From contig JAPOYL010000011.1 in NCBI GenBank assembly GCA_026706595.1, forward strand, positions 146,946 to 210,945: a DNA stretch of 64,000 nt, given 5' to 3'. Under the pieces are notes generated by a model that did not search any database, had not been told where the DNA came from, and saw only the letters and a list, made by a program, of their open reading frames with translations. The position numbers and the translations under genes were made by a program. Below, one piece after another: positions 23,567-33,888 of this stretch. Within the stretch, counting starts at the first letter, position 1. Each line of letters starts with the position of its first letter. The stretch is from Gammaproteobacteria bacterium (GTDB taxonomy: Bacteria > Pseudomonadota > Gammaproteobacteria > UBA4575).

Positions 23567-23634
23567 GATTCCTTGTCTCACCGGGTACTTCGGCAAGAAC
23601 TCCCGGGAGACTGTAAACCCATAAGGAGAACTGA
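23567..23634 (+). promoter_or_regulatory. Putative rpsF leader (S6:S18-binding RNA)
   Basis: TTCCTTGTCTC...GAGAC TGTAAACCC A TAAGGAG: stem pairing with the Shine-Dalgarno and a CCC-containing internal loop, as in the S6:S18 leader. Confidence 0.65.
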
Positions 23635-24234
23635 ATGCGCCATTATGAAATCGTGTTCCTGGTCCACCCGGACCAGAGTGGCCAGGTCCCTGCCATGATT
23701 GAACGCTATCGCTCAATCATTGAAAAAGAGGGCAACGGCAAAGTCCACAGACTGGAGGACTGGGGCCGCTTGCAGCTCGCCTATCCAATCCAGAAAGTCC
23801 ACAAGGCACACTATGTGCTGATGAACATCGAGTGTGGACAGGAGATCCTGAATGAAATGAACACGGCGTTTCGTTTCAACGATGCGGTGGTTCGCAATAT
23901 GGTGATTTCCAGGAAGAAAGCGGTCACCGAGCCCTCGCCAATGATGAAGATGATTGAAAGTGAGAAGGCCGAATCTGAAAGTCAGGATACCGAGGAAAAA
24001 CCCAAGTCCTCCAAGGACACAGCGCAGGCTCCCGAAGAAAAACCGCAATCCCCTGAGAACGAGTCACAGCCTTCTGAAGAAAAGCTACAATCTTCCGAGG
24101 AAAAGCCCCCTTCTTCCGAGGAAAAGCCCCCTTCTTCCGAGGAAAAGCCCCCGTCTTCAGAGGAAGCCGACAGTGGCCCGGATGAGAATACCGAAACTGA
24201 AGCCACTCCGGAGAATGCAGATGAAAATAAGTAA
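23635..24234 (+). CDS. rpsF: 30S ribosomal protein S6 with long acidic repetitive tail
   Basis: [36 protein letters not shown]. Confidence 0.97.
   Translation: MRHYEIVFLVHPDQSGQVPAMIERYRSIIEKEGNGKVHRLEDWGRLQLAYPIQKVHKAHYVLMNIECGQEILNEMNTAFRFNDAVVRNMVISRKKAVTEPSPMMKMIESEKAESESQDTEEKPKSSKDTAQAPEEKPQSPENESQPSEEKLQSSEEKPPSSEEKPPSSEEKPPSSEEADSGPDENTETEATPENADENK
24091..24166 (+). repeat. 21-bp tandem repeat (SSEEKPP x3 plus partial) in rpsF
   Basis: TCTTCCGAGGAAAAGCCCCC(T/G) at 24091, 24112, 24133; partial copy at 24154. Confidence 0.93.
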
Positions 24235-24293
24235 CTGTCCTTCGCAACGGATGCTTCGGCAGATTATGGCCAGCCTGGCAGGAGGATGCTGAT

Positions 24294-24518
24294 ATGGCGA
24301 ACTATTACAGAAAAAGAAGGTACTGCCGTTTCACTGAGGATGGTACCAAGGAGATCGACTACAAAGACGTCAAACTGCTGAAGGATTTTGTCAGTGAGGC
24401 AGGCAAGATTGTCCCAAGCCGGGTCACCGGAACAAAGGCGAGATACCAGCGCCAGCTGTCAAAGGCGATCAAACGGGCTCGCTATATCGCCTTGCTGCCA
24501 TACAGTGATCAGCATTGA
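24294..24518 (+). CDS. rpsR: 30S ribosomal protein S18
   Basis: [29 protein letters not shown]. Confidence 0.98.
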   Translation: MANYYRKRRYCRFTEDGTKEIDYKDVKLLKDFVSEAGKIVPSRVTGTKARYQRQLSKAIKRARYIALLPYSDQH

Positions 24519-24560
24519 GTGCTTTTTATAAGCCGTACCTTGACTGATTCGTAGTCAGCC

Positions 24561-25478
24561 ATGCGTTCGTTGGCGCGCTATATCCTCTCCGGGCCATTTC
24601 AGGCTGTGACGGTCGTGTTTTTCTTTGCATTGCTGTCATTTTTGTTCCCCTTCCTGATTATTTTCAGTGGCGGTGCACTCGCCTTGATCACACTGAAGGT
24701 TGGAATGCGGCATGCGATCCGTATTTTGCTCATCTGTGTTGCACTGATAGCGCTGAGTACCTGGCTGCTGCTGGGGAACCTGACCGCGGGCCCCCTGGTC
24801 GTCTGGGTATCCATCGTTGCTGTCGCCTATATGTACCAGCACTTCCAGTCACTGAGCATTGCATTGCAGGCGCTAACCGTTTTTGGGGCAGTGCTCACGC
24901 TGCTCGTTGCGGTCCTGTTCCCGGATCTGCAGGCAGACTGGCTGCTTTACCTGACGAACCTCCTGGAGGCGATCAAACAGGGTCCGTCATTTCAGATCAT
25001 GATGCAGAGCGCAAATCTCAGCCTCGAGCAGGCTGAGCAATACCTGCCTGGAATCGCCTCCCTGATGACCGGCATGGTAGTCGCGGTGTACCTGCTGACC
25101 GTCAGCGTGACGTTGTCTTTTGGCGGCTGGTGGAATGACTTGCTGGACGATGCGCAGGCTTTTCACAAGGAGTTCGCACGCTTCAACCTGGGGCGGATAC
25201 TGGCCATCTCGGTGGCCTTGTTTGCGGTAGTGGCCTGGGGTACCAAGGCTGCCATTTTCTGGCAGTTGACGATTGTATGCCTCAGCATGTTCTTCTTGCA
25301 GGGCCTGGGCCTGGCGCATGCAGTCATCGGTGCACTCTCCAGGCCCCTGCTGGGTTTCGTAGCCGTGTATGGCCTGCTTTTTATCGTGACCCCGCAAATG
25401 ATGCTGGTGCTTGCATCGGCCGGTGTGCTGGACGGCTTCGTGGATTTTCGCAAGCGATTTATAAAATCTGAAGAGTGA
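24561..25478 (+). CDS. DUF2232/YybS-type membrane protein
   Basis: Multi-TM ORF between rpsR and rplI; MRSLARYILSG start, QGL..H, DFRKR end. Confidence 0.8.
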   Translation: MRSLARYILSGPFQAVTVVFFFALLSFLFPFLIIFSGGALALITLKVGMRHAIRILLICVALIALSTWLLLGNLTAGPLVVWVSIVAVAYMYQHFQSLSIALQALTVFGAVLTLLVAVLFPDLQADWLLYLTNLLEAIKQGPSFQIMMQSANLSLEQAEQYLPGIASLMTGMVVAVYLLTVSVTLSFGGWWNDLLDDAQAFHKEFARFNLGRILAISVALFAVVAWGTKAAIFWQLTIVCLSMFFLQGLGLAHAVIGALSRPLLGFVAVYGLLFIVTPQMMLVLASAGVLDGFVDFRKRFIKSEE

Positions 25479-25533
25479 ACGGGGCAGGAACAACCGTTTA
25501 TAATGAACCTTTACTGATAAAGAGAGATACAAG

Positions 25534-25986
25534 ATGGAAGTGATTTTGCTGGAGAAAGTGGACAATCTCGGGGATCTGGGTGAAAAGGTCAGGGTCCGAC
25601 CCGGATATGCGCGCAATTACCTCGTGCCCAGCGGCAAGGCCAAGGTTGCGACTGCGGAAAATCTTGCCGAATTTGAGGAGCGGCGTGCGGAGCTGGAAAA
25701 GATGGCAGCAGACTCGCTGGCTGCGTCTGAGGCCCGCAAGGCTGAGCTGGACGGGTTTTTACTTACGATCACGGCAAAATCTGCCGGCGAGGAGGGCAAG
25801 CTGTTCGGTTCTGTGGGGACTGTGGATATTGCCCAGGCCTTGAGCGAGGCAGGAAAACCGGTGGAAAAAAAGGAGATCCGCCTGCCATCCGGCGTATACA
25901 AGCAGGCCGGCGAATACCAGGTCGATATCCGTTTGCACACGGATGTGATCGCGACAATCAATCTGAAGATTGTTCCCGAAGAATGA
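25534..25986 (+). CDS. rplI: 50S ribosomal protein L9
   Basis: [26 protein letters not shown]. Confidence 0.98.
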   Translation: MEVILLEKVDNLGDLGEKVRVRPGYARNYLVPSGKAKVATAENLAEFEERRAELEKMAADSLAASEARKAELDGFLLTITAKSAGEEGKLFGSVGTVDIAQALSEAGKPVEKKEIRLPSGVYKQAGEYQVDIRLHTDVIATINLKIVPEE

Positions 25987-26005
25987 TCGGTCAATTTCAT
26001 GAGCC

Positions 26006-27439
26006 TTGGCAGCAGTTGGGAGGACAGCAGAAAATATTGTGGCCGAAGTGACGAAAACGGGACCCGACTACGGTGTGACCTATGCCGAGAACCTGCGCAC
26101 GCCCCCGTATTCACTGGAAGCCGAGCAGGCAGTTCTCGGCGGGCTGATTCTGGACAACTCTGCCTGGGACCAGGTCGCAGACAAGATCAACGAGGATGAT
26201 TTTCATCTCTTCAACCATCGCCTGATTTTCCGGGCCATCGGTGAACTGGCCGACAAGCGTCAGGTATTCGATGTCCTGACCCTGTCCGACCTGCTTCGCC
26301 AGAGAAGCGAAATCGAGAACACCAACATCCTGGCGTACCTCGGGACTCTGGCAAACGACATTCCAAGCGTTTCGAATATCAGGGCCTATGCGGACATCGT
26401 GCGGGAAAAATCCGTTTTCCGGCAGCTGGTCCAGGTGGGTAATGAAATCGCTGCAAGCGGCCTTTCACCGGATGGCAAGGATATCAAGAATTTGCTGGAT
26501 GAGGCAGAGCAGAAGATCTTTCATATCACCGACCGCAGTGCGCAGTCCGGGCAAGGCTTTGTCAACATCAGGTCTTTGCTCAAAACAACCGTTGAGCAGA
26601 TTGACGAGTTGTCTGAACGTGCAGACCACATCACCGGCATTCCCAGTGGCTTTACTGAGTTCGATGAAAAAACGGCAGGCCTGCAGAAAGGAGACCTGAT
26701 CATCATTGCCGGGCGGCCTTCCATGGGCAAGACCAGTTTTGCCATGAACATCGTTGAATACGCGGCGCTTCAGACGAAAATCAATGTGGCCATCTTTAGC
26801 ATGGAAATGCCTGCTCCATCCCTGGCCATGCGCATGCTTTCCTCCATGGGGCGGATTGATCAGCAACGGGTTCGCACCGGCAAGTTGAAAGACGAGGACT
26901 GGCCTCGCCTGACCAGTGCAATGTCGATGTTGCAGGAAGCCAACGTGTTCATCGACGATTCCGCAGTGTTGTCACCAACGGAACTGAGGGCTCGTGCCCG
27001 CCGGCTGAAACGCGAGCATGGCTTATCGCTGGTTGTTGTGGATTACCTGCAGCTCATGACGGTCGGTGGAACCTCCGAAAATCGTGCCACTGAAATTTCC
27101 GAAATATGCCGCTCATTGAAAGCACTTGCCAGGGAACTGAATGTGCCGGTAGTTGCATTGTCCCAGCTGAACCGCAGCCTGGAGCAGCGTCAGGACAAGC
27201 GGCCGGTGATGTCTGACCTGCGTGAGTCAGGAGCAATCGAGCAGGATGCGGACCTGATCGTCTTTATCTACCGCGACGAGGTGTATCGGGAAGACTCCCC
27301 CGATCAGGGAACTGCCGAGATCATCGTCGGCAAGCAGCGCAACGGCCCAATATTCAAGACCCGGCTCACTTTTTTGGGCCAGTACACACGTTTTGAAAAT
27401 CATATCCCCGAGATCCAGACTGGCGACCACTTTCCATAG
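26006..27439 (+). CDS. dnaB: Replicative DNA helicase
   Basis: AEQAVLGG, GRPSMGKT, VDYLQL, LSQLNR, DLRESGAIEQDAD; start uncertain. Confidence 0.98.
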   Translation: MAAVGRTAENIVAEVTKTGPDYGVTYAENLRTPPYSLEAEQAVLGGLILDNSAWDQVADKINEDDFHLFNHRLIFRAIGELADKRQVFDVLTLSDLLRQRSEIENTNILAYLGTLANDIPSVSNIRAYADIVREKSVFRQLVQVGNEIAASGLSPDGKDIKNLLDEAEQKIFHITDRSAQSGQGFVNIRSLLKTTVEQIDELSERADHITGIPSGFTEFDEKTAGLQKGDLIIIAGRPSMGKTSFAMNIVEYAALQTKINVAIFSMEMPAPSLAMRMLSSMGRIDQQRVRTGKLKDEDWPRLTSAMSMLQEANVFIDDSAVLSPTELRARARRLKREHGLSLVVVDYLQLMTVGGTSENRATEISEICRSLKALARELNVPVVALSQLNRSLEQRQDKRPVMSDLRESGAIEQDADLIVFIYRDEVYREDSPDQGTAEIIVGKQRNGPIFKTRLTFLGQYTRFENHIPEIQTGDHFP

Positions 27440-27447
27440 CCTGCCAT

Positions 27448-29121
27448 ATGGAAAAAATCTGGTTAAAAAATTACCCGGAAGGAATTCCCGAATTCGTTGA
27501 ACTGGACCAGTATGTGTCGTTGGTTCAGCTACTGGAGGAGGCTGCCGCACGCTACAGTCATCTGCCGGCTTTCGAGAACCGGGGTGTTCGTTTGAGTTTC
27601 TCGGCGCTCAATGTCGAGAGCCGTAACTTTGCCGCCTACCTGCAGACCGAGATGAATCTGCAAAGAGGCGATCGTGTTGCGGTCATGCTTCCCAATCTCC
27701 TGCAGTTCCCGGTCGCAATGTTCGGCATCCTGCGTGCCGGGCTGTCAGCCGTCAACATCAATCCCCTGTATACCTCAAGAGAGCTCGGGGAAGCGCTGAA
27801 GAAGTCAGAGGCAAAGGCCATCGTCGTTCTGGAAAACTTTGCGAGTGTGCTGGCCGAGGTGGTTGAGGACAGTTGCATCGACCATGTGATTGTTGCAAGG
27901 GTGGGGGACTTGCTCAGTTTTCCCGAATCCTTTGTTGTAAATTTTGTGCTGGAACATGTGCAGCATAAAATCCCCGAATACGAACTGGAGAACACGGTAT
28001 TTTTCAATGAGGTCTTGGCTGTCGGCCGTGACAGACGATTCGTCAAACCGTCGCTTACCCCGGATGATGTCGCTTTCCTGCAGCTGACGGGCGGTACGAC
28101 AGGTTCAGCAAAACTGGCAATCCTCACGCATGGCAACCTGCTCTCGAACATTGCGCAGGTTGATGCATGGTTCAAGCAGGTTCTGGAAGAGGGCAAGGAA
28201 ATCGCGATTACGGCATTGCCGCTGTACCATATATTCTCCCTGACTGCGAACTGTTTCTTGTTTGTTCACCTCGGAGGCCTGTGCCATCTGATCACCAATC
28301 CCCGCGACATGAAAGGCTTTGTCAGGGAGCTCTCGGAAGTGAAATTTTCCGTGATCACCGGGGTTAACACCCTGTATAACGGGCTACTGAACACCGAGGG
28401 ATTTTCGGCGCTGGATTTTTCGAGTCTCAAGATCTCTTTGGGAGGCGGCATGGCCGTTCAGGAAGCCGTGGCTGAAAGGTGGCAGCAGGTCACGGGCTGC
28501 GTTCTTGCCGAGGCGTACGGCCTGACAGAAACCTCACCGGCCGTGACAGTCAACCCGCTGGACCTCGAAAAATTCAACGGCAAAATAGGGTTACCAGTTC
28601 CGAACACGGAGATTTGCATACGCGATGACGACGGCAAGGATCTCGGCATAGGGGAGGCCGGTGAACTATGCGTTCGAGGACCCCAGGTGATGCAGGGCTA
28701 TCTGAACGACCCGGAGGAAACCCGCAATGCACTGAGCGAGGATGGCTGGCTGCGGACCGGCGACATTGCCATGGTGGACGATGCCGGATTCGTAAGCATT
28801 GTCGATCGCAAGAAAGACATGATTCTGGTTTCAGGATTCAATGTCTATCCCAACGAAGTCGAACAGGTTGTGGCCGCCCACGAGGGCGTGCTGGAGGTTG
28901 CCGCCATCGGAGTGGAGGATCCGTCCTCAGGTGAGGTTGTAAAGCTCTGCATCGTAAAAAAAGATCCCGCGTTGACCGAGGAGGATGTGCTGGAGTTCTG
29001 CAAGGACCGTTTGACCCGCTACAAGTGGCCCAAGCACATTGAGTTTTGTGCAGAGTTGCCGAAGACCAACGTGGGCAAGATCCTGCGGCGCGCCCTGCGC
29101 GACAAGAAACCGTCCGAATAG
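27448..29121 (+). CDS. fadD: Long-chain-fatty-acid--CoA ligase
   Basis: TGGTTG, ALPLYHIF, YGLTETSP, DRKKDMILVSGFNVYPNE, PKTNVGKILRR. Confidence 0.93.
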   Translation: MEKIWLKNYPEGIPEFVELDQYVSLVQLLEEAAARYSHLPAFENRGVRLSFSALNVESRNFAAYLQTEMNLQRGDRVAVMLPNLLQFPVAMFGILRAGLSAVNINPLYTSRELGEALKKSEAKAIVVLENFASVLAEVVEDSCIDHVIVARVGDLLSFPESFVVNFVLEHVQHKIPEYELENTVFFNEVLAVGRDRRFVKPSLTPDDVAFLQLTGGTTGSAKLAILTHGNLLSNIAQVDAWFKQVLEEGKEIAITALPLYHIFSLTANCFLFVHLGGLCHLITNPRDMKGFVRELSEVKFSVITGVNTLYNGLLNTEGFSALDFSSLKISLGGGMAVQEAVAERWQQVTGCVLAEAYGLTETSPAVTVNPLDLEKFNGKIGLPVPNTEICIRDDDGKDLGIGEAGELCVRGPQVMQGYLNDPEETRNALSEDGWLRTGDIAMVDDAGFVSIVDRKKDMILVSGFNVYPNEVEQVVAAHEGVLEVAAIGVEDPSSGEVVKLCIVKKDPALTEEDVLEFCKDRLTRYKWPKHIEFCAELPKTNVGKILRRALRDKKPSE

Positions 29122-29156
29122 GTCGCGTGGTCTCGACAGAGACCCGGTGAAGACGC

Positions 29157-30395
29157 TCAGTTCAGTGATTGCCCGGGGTGTTTCACGGGATGGTAGTGGT
29201 TGGCCACATATTCCTGCACGATGCTCTGGAATTCCTCTGCAATGTTGTCCCCCCGAAGCGTTGTGAACTTGCTTCCATCCACGTGCACGATGGCCACGGG
29301 CGCTTCACCTGTGCCTGGCAGGCTGATGCCAATGTCCGCATGCTTGCTTTCGCCTGGTCCATTCACCACACAACCCATGACCGCAACCTTCATGGTTTCC
29401 ACTCCTGGGTACTGCAGCTTCCAGACAGGCATGCTTTCCTGTAGATAACTTTGGATGCCAGCTGCCAGATGCTGAAAGTATTCACTGGTCGTGCGGCCAC
29501 AGCCAGGGCAGGCGGTCACCGAGGGCATGAATGAGCGAAGATCCAGGGTTTGCAGGATTTGCTGGGCGACACGCACTTCCTGGGTGCGGTCACCGCCTGG
29601 CTCCGGAGTCAGGGATATCCGGATCGTGTCCCCGATTCCTTCCTGCAACAAAACAGACAGTGCAGCGGTGGAGGCAACCACTCCTTTGGTGCCCATCCCG
29701 GCTTCGGTTAAACCCAGGTGCAGCGCATAATCACAGCGCGAGGCGAGGTCACGGTACACGCTGACCAGCGCTGGCACTTCACTCAACTTGCACGACAGGA
29801 TGATCCTGTTGTGTGCCAGGCCGATCTGCTCGGCCAGTGCAGCACTTTCCAGGGCCGAGGCAATCAGGGATTCATGCATTACTTCGGGAAGGGACTTGGG
29901 CTTTGGCAATTTGGAGTTTTCATCCAGTTTTCTTGCCAGCAGGTCCTGGTCGAGGCTGCCCCAGTTGACCCCGATGCGGACTGGCTTGTCATGCTGGCAC
30001 GCAATTTCCACGATTTCACCAAATTGCTTGTCGTGCAGGTTGCCCCTGCCCACATTACCGGGATTGATGCGGTATTTGTCGAGCGCTTCTGCGCATGCTG
30101 GATGTTTTTTCAGCAGACGGTTGCCATTGAAGTGAAAATCGCCCACCAGAGGCACATTGACCCCCTGGGCCAACAGTTGTTCCCGTATGTCCGGCACGGC
30201 ACGGGCAGCTTCCTTGTCATTGACAGTGAGGCGCACGATTTCAGAGCCAGCCTCGGCCAGCGCAGCAACCTGCTCCACTGTGTTTTTAATGTCGGCAGTA
30301 TGGGTATTGGTCATAGACTGCACGACAACCGGGGCCTGTCCGCCAACCGTTACATCACCAATTTGCACTGCTGTGCTTGCACGTCGAGTGATCAC
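29157..30395 (-). CDS. ispG: 4-hydroxy-3-methylbut-2-en-1-yl diphosphate synthase
   Basis: [47 protein letters not shown]; GTG start at 30395 with AAGGAG RBS. Confidence 0.96.
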   Translation of the reverse strand: MITRRASTAVQIGDVTVGGQAPVVVQSMTNTHTADIKNTVEQVAALAEAGSEIVRLTVNDKEAARAVPDIREQLLAQGVNVPLVGDFHFNGNRLLKKHPACAEALDKYRINPGNVGRGNLHDKQFGEIVEIACQHDKPVRIGVNWGSLDQDLLARKLDENSKLPKPKSLPEVMHESLIASALESAALAEQIGLAHNRIILSCKLSEVPALVSVYRDLASRCDYALHLGLTEAGMGTKGVVASTAALSVLLQEGIGDTIRISLTPEPGGDRTQEVRVAQQILQTLDLRSFMPSVTACPGCGRTTSEYFQHLAAGIQSYLQESMPVWKLQYPGVETMKVAVMGCVVNGPGESKHADIGISLPGTGEAPVAIVHVDGSKFTTLRGDNIAEEFQSIVQEYVANHYHPVKHPGQSLN

Positions 30396-30582
30396 TACCG
30401 TCTCCTTATCATCCAGCGGCTGTGAACCGGGAATTACAGGCTTCAATTGTATCTGATCTGTATCCAGCCGTAATCTACCATGTACAACCGGCTGCAACCC
30501 GCAAATCCGGGCTCAAATTGTCGGATTTTCAGCCCCTGATGCCGCAACCAGCTGCATGATGTTGAAAAGAGTAACAACCCAG

Positions 30583-31176
30583 CTATTTCCTGAATTCGAC
30601 CAGGTAAATTGCCAGTCCCAGTCCGATCAAGGCGATCTCGACAGCACTGATGCACAGCAGCACGAATGTGATTCTCCGGGCAGAAGGTTTCATGCGTTGC
30701 CACACCCGTTTTTTATAGTATCGCCAGGGACTGAACCATGCCCATCGCTGCCACTGCAGCAAGTACTGCTGAATTTCCTCTGCCCATTTGGTCAGACTCC
30801 TGTCGACTTCGCCGAGCCTGTCCAATCGTTCTGACTCAGGAATACCTTCATATTTCTCTTCGATCACGATGGATGAACCCTCAGGGGATTCCTGCACGGT
30901 GATATGTGTGCTGGATTTCAGGCACCGGGAGTAGTGAATCTCAAGACCGTCCGGAACAGGTCTCACAGTCAATTCGGTATCGATCTCGAAAGTGGGGGTT
31001 TGGCTGTGATTTAAGGCATGCAGGCGGTACTGCCCTGCAGAGATTTTTTCCCATCTCTTGAATACCAGGTACGGATTGATGCGGAACAGTCGTTCCACAT
31101 CCTGGAAGAATTCCAGCAGGGTCGTCGACTCCAGTGGCGATTTGAATTGTACCCAGGCCTTGTCTTCCAGGGTCAC
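30583..31176 (-). CDS. Hypothetical protein with C-terminal TM helix
   Basis: ORF downstream of USP gene in the same operon; GTG with AGAGGG RBS. Confidence 0.7.
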   Translation of the reverse strand: MTLEDKAWVQFKSPLESTTLLEFFQDVERLFRINPYLVFKRWEKISAGQYRLHALNHSQTPTFEIDTELTVRPVPDGLEIHYSRCLKSSTHITVQESPEGSSIVIEEKYEGIPESERLDRLGEVDRSLTKWAEEIQQYLLQWQRWAWFSPWRYYKKRVWQRMKPSARRITFVLLCISAVEIALIGLGLAIYLVEFRK

Positions 31177-31189
31177 TGACGGGCCCTCT

Positions 31190-31648
31190 TTAGCCACAAG
31201 GATGGGGCACAACCAGGAGTGGAGTTTTCAGCCGCCGGGTGACATGCCGGGTCATCATTCGCGAGTGCAGGCCCCTCGATATCTTGGGTCGGGGCGAGCC
31301 CATCACGACCAAATCATAGGCTGACTGTTCACAGGCATCAGTCAAGCAGTGGTCCGGCCTGCCAAGGACGACCTCATGGGCCGCATCCGCACTTGTCTTG
31401 GATAGCCGGTCCTGAACCCGCCAGAGGTGTCCGTTCATCTCGTGATTCAATTCCATCTCGAGATAATGCTCGAACCGCATGCGGGTTGAGCTGTTGTTCA
31501 ACCAGTCATCCCCCAGCATGTCCTTCCAGAATTCGGGTATGACCAGCAAGTGGGTGATCCGGACTCCGGGCGCACACATCTCCAGCACTCTGTTCTCCGC
31601 AGCGAGGGCTCCCTCGGTCCCGTGGCTTGCAAGCAGGATATTCTTCAT
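31190..31648 (-). CDS. Universal stress protein
   Basis: MKNILLASHGT, YDLVVMGS, PLLVVP. Confidence 0.88.
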   Translation of the reverse strand: MKNILLASHGTEGALAAENRVLEMCAPGVRITHLLVIPEFWKDMLGDDWLNNSSTRMRFEHYLEMELNHEMNGHLWRVQDRLSKTSADAAHEVVLGRPDHCLTDACEQSAYDLVVMGSPRPKISRGLHSRMMTRHVTRRLKTPLLVVPHPCG

Positions 31649-31681
31649 GATCCGTCCAATCGAGGTACCTAAACGTTGCGA

Positions 31682-31810
31682 CTAGTAGGCGATATACACG
31701 ACCAGGGCGATCACCAAGGCAAGGATCAGCGCCATCAAATCTTCCCTGCGGTCGCTGTTGAAGATTGACAATGCACTGCCTCGATCAAATTCTTTTTCAC
31801 TTTCATTCAT
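31682..31810 (-). CDS. Small single-TM protein (42 aa)
   Basis: Manual translation MNESEKEFDRGSALSIFNSDRREDLMALILALVIALVVYIAY, GGAG RBS, between YeiH and USP genes. Confidence 0.65.
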   Translation of the reverse strand: MNESEKEFDRGSALSIFNSDRREDLMALILALVIALVVYIAY

Positions 31811-31835
31811 GGGGAACTCCTGGGAAATTTTTCAT

Positions 31836-33419
31836 TTAAACGGTTTCCGAGATGAACAGCATGACAACAACCAGGGACAGGCCAGCCTTGATCGCACCCA
31901 CGATGCCACCGATTATGGCAGGCTGCCCACCCGCTTGGCGCATTGCCGAGACCGTGATTTGCATACCAAGACCGACCAGGCCAAAGGCAAACAGCCACGT
32001 GATCCAGTCACGGAAGGCCTTGATTTTCTTCGCGGTGTGGCGCACGGATTTGTGCGCCTTCGTCAGGATCTTGTTGGCCCCCTTGGAGAGCACCTTTGCA
32101 TTGATGAGCCCACGAAGGACATCGTCATCCTCGATACTCATCACCTTGCCGTGATCGATAAGCCGCTGCAGGGCCTGCTGGCGGTCCTGGCGCTGCACCT
32201 TGGAGGATTCCTCTGCGAGCTGTGCCGTTTGCTCGTGCGACAGCAGGTTTTCCTGCTTGAAACCCGACTCGGTGGTGTTGCCAAAATACTTGCCCTTGTA
32301 ATGGTTCGCCGGTGCGAACACGCCGGTGGTCGAGAGTGCGAACAGCAGGATGAAACCGAGCACGAAGATCGGGAATTTCTCGAAGGTCACCCGTGCAACA
32401 TTCACCTGCTGGGCTGCAGCCACCTCTTCCCGTTTGACGTACCACACGGCCAGCCACAAGACGATGATGGGCAACACCAGCACGCGCGTGATATTGAAGA
32501 TCTCCGCGACCTTGAGGGTCTCGATACCGTCCGGCTGGTAGGCCAGTGCAGCGCCTGCGACCTGGGCGGAATTCAGGATGCCGGTGCCGGCCCAGGCCCC
32601 GAACTGCACATGTGACATGTCGAGCAGGTGGCCGACGATCGGAAATACGAACATGCAACCCACGCCCCACAGCAGGATAGTGCCGATGGTGTAGGCGATC
32701 TCCACCGACTTCGCCTGTACGACCGGGGCTGCGGCCACGGTAGCCGAGACCCCACACACGCCCATGCCCGCCGACAGCACGCCCCCCATGGAACTCGGGA
32801 TTCTCATGCGGGTCCCGATCCACAGCACGAGCCCGACCGAGCCCAGCACGAAAAAACCGAACATGACGATAGAAAGCCCGCCAAGGTTCTTCAGTTCCGC
32901 GGCGCTGTAGAGCGTACCCAGAAGAATGACGCCAGTCTTCAGACCGAGGCGCGAAAGTCGCACCCCGTTTTCCGCCCAGACAGGGATTTTGAAGAAATTG
33001 ACGATAAGGATTCCGGTAAGGATGCCGAGCACGACGTAGTTCAGCCCCAGGATGGTGTGCAGGTGTTTGCCGGTATTGCCGATCTTGCCCAGCGCCTGGC
33101 TTGCGACAGCGATCTCGGGCGCCAAAAACCAGCGCACCAGCATCGCAATGAGCAGGATGAACATGGCACCGGCTACTGTAGACAGGTAGTAGTCGAGATG
33201 GCCCTCACGCGGCTTTGCTTGCCACTGCCAAGTGCCCACCACCACGGAAAAAATCCCGAAATACAGGGGCACGGTGGCGATTTCACCGGTGTACTTGTAT
33301 TTACCACCGCCAAGGTGTCCGATATAGCCCAATAAAAGTCCGGACTCGAACAGGTACCAGATGCCCAGCATGATCAGGCCCATCATGAGCAGGGCCGGAG
33401 ACTTGCGGGTATAGATCAT
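31836..33419 (-). CDS. YeiH / putative sulfate exporter family transporter
   Basis: LKTGVILLG, GVCGVSATVAAAP, FGAWAGT.I..SAQV..A, K..NITR; multi-TM. Confidence 0.88.
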   Translation of the reverse strand: MIYTRKSPALLMMGLIMLGIWYLFESGLLLGYIGHLGGGKYKYTGEIATVPLYFGIFSVVVGTWQWQAKPREGHLDYYLSTVAGAMFILLIAMLVRWFLAPEIAVASQALGKIGNTGKHLHTILGLNYVVLGILTGILIVNFFKIPVWAENGVRLSRLGLKTGVILLGTLYSAAELKNLGGLSIVMFGFFVLGSVGLVLWIGTRMRIPSSMGGVLSAGMGVCGVSATVAAAPVVQAKSVEIAYTIGTILLWGVGCMFVFPIVGHLLDMSHVQFGAWAGTGILNSAQVAGAALAYQPDGIETLKVAEIFNITRVLVLPIIVLWLAVWYVKREEVAAAQQVNVARVTFEKFPIFVLGFILLFALSTTGVFAPANHYKGKYFGNTTESGFKQENLLSHEQTAQLAEESSKVQRQDRQQALQRLIDHGKVMSIEDDDVLRGLINAKVLSKGANKILTKAHKSVRHTAKKIKAFRDWITWLFAFGLVGLGMQITVSAMRQAGGQPAIIGGIVGAIKAGLSLVVVMLFISETV

Positions 33420-33688
33420 AGGCCTGACTTGGTTCGGTGATGAAATTCCGTACTGCAACTCGCATATGTCCGTTGCAGTTCAAGGAGATTACCAACGCCT
33501 GTAGGGGACTACAAGCGGGCCCAGACCGTGGGATTCTTGAAGTCGCAGACAAGATCTGACTTGTTAGCTTCACGCACTATGATACGGGTTTTCTCAACCT
33601 GGCAGAAAACCGGGTGGAACCCCTCGGCGACAACCCCTTCGTGCAAAAAAAGTGTCACCCATGTCCCCGGTACGGACCCTGGCAGAAA

Positions 33689-33765
33689 TGGTGCCCCGTG
33701 CAGGATTCGAACTTGCGACCTTCCCCTTAGGAGGGGGACGCTCTATCCAGCTGAGCTAACGGGGC
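33689..33765 (-). tRNA. tRNA-Arg(CCT)
   Basis: Reverse complement GCCCCGTTAGCTCAGCTGGATAGAGCG TCCCC CTCCTAA GGGGA AGGTCGCAAGTTCGAATCCTGCACGGGGCACCA. Confidence 0.95.
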
Positions 33766-33888
33766 AGAACACGGACGTCATTTGCAGGCGAGGGTCCTGT
33801 GGGTGTTTTTCCTGCAGGTAATCCTAGTGGATTCAGGTGATTCAAAGCCACTTTTTGCAGGTTTTTTTCTCGTATCTGCTGGGTGTTT

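Noticed and set aside
33689-33765. tRNA-Arg(CCT) as the island integration site
   Set aside because: Its 3' end points toward the core genes; the accessory region is on its 5' side, and I saw no duplicate of its 3' end.
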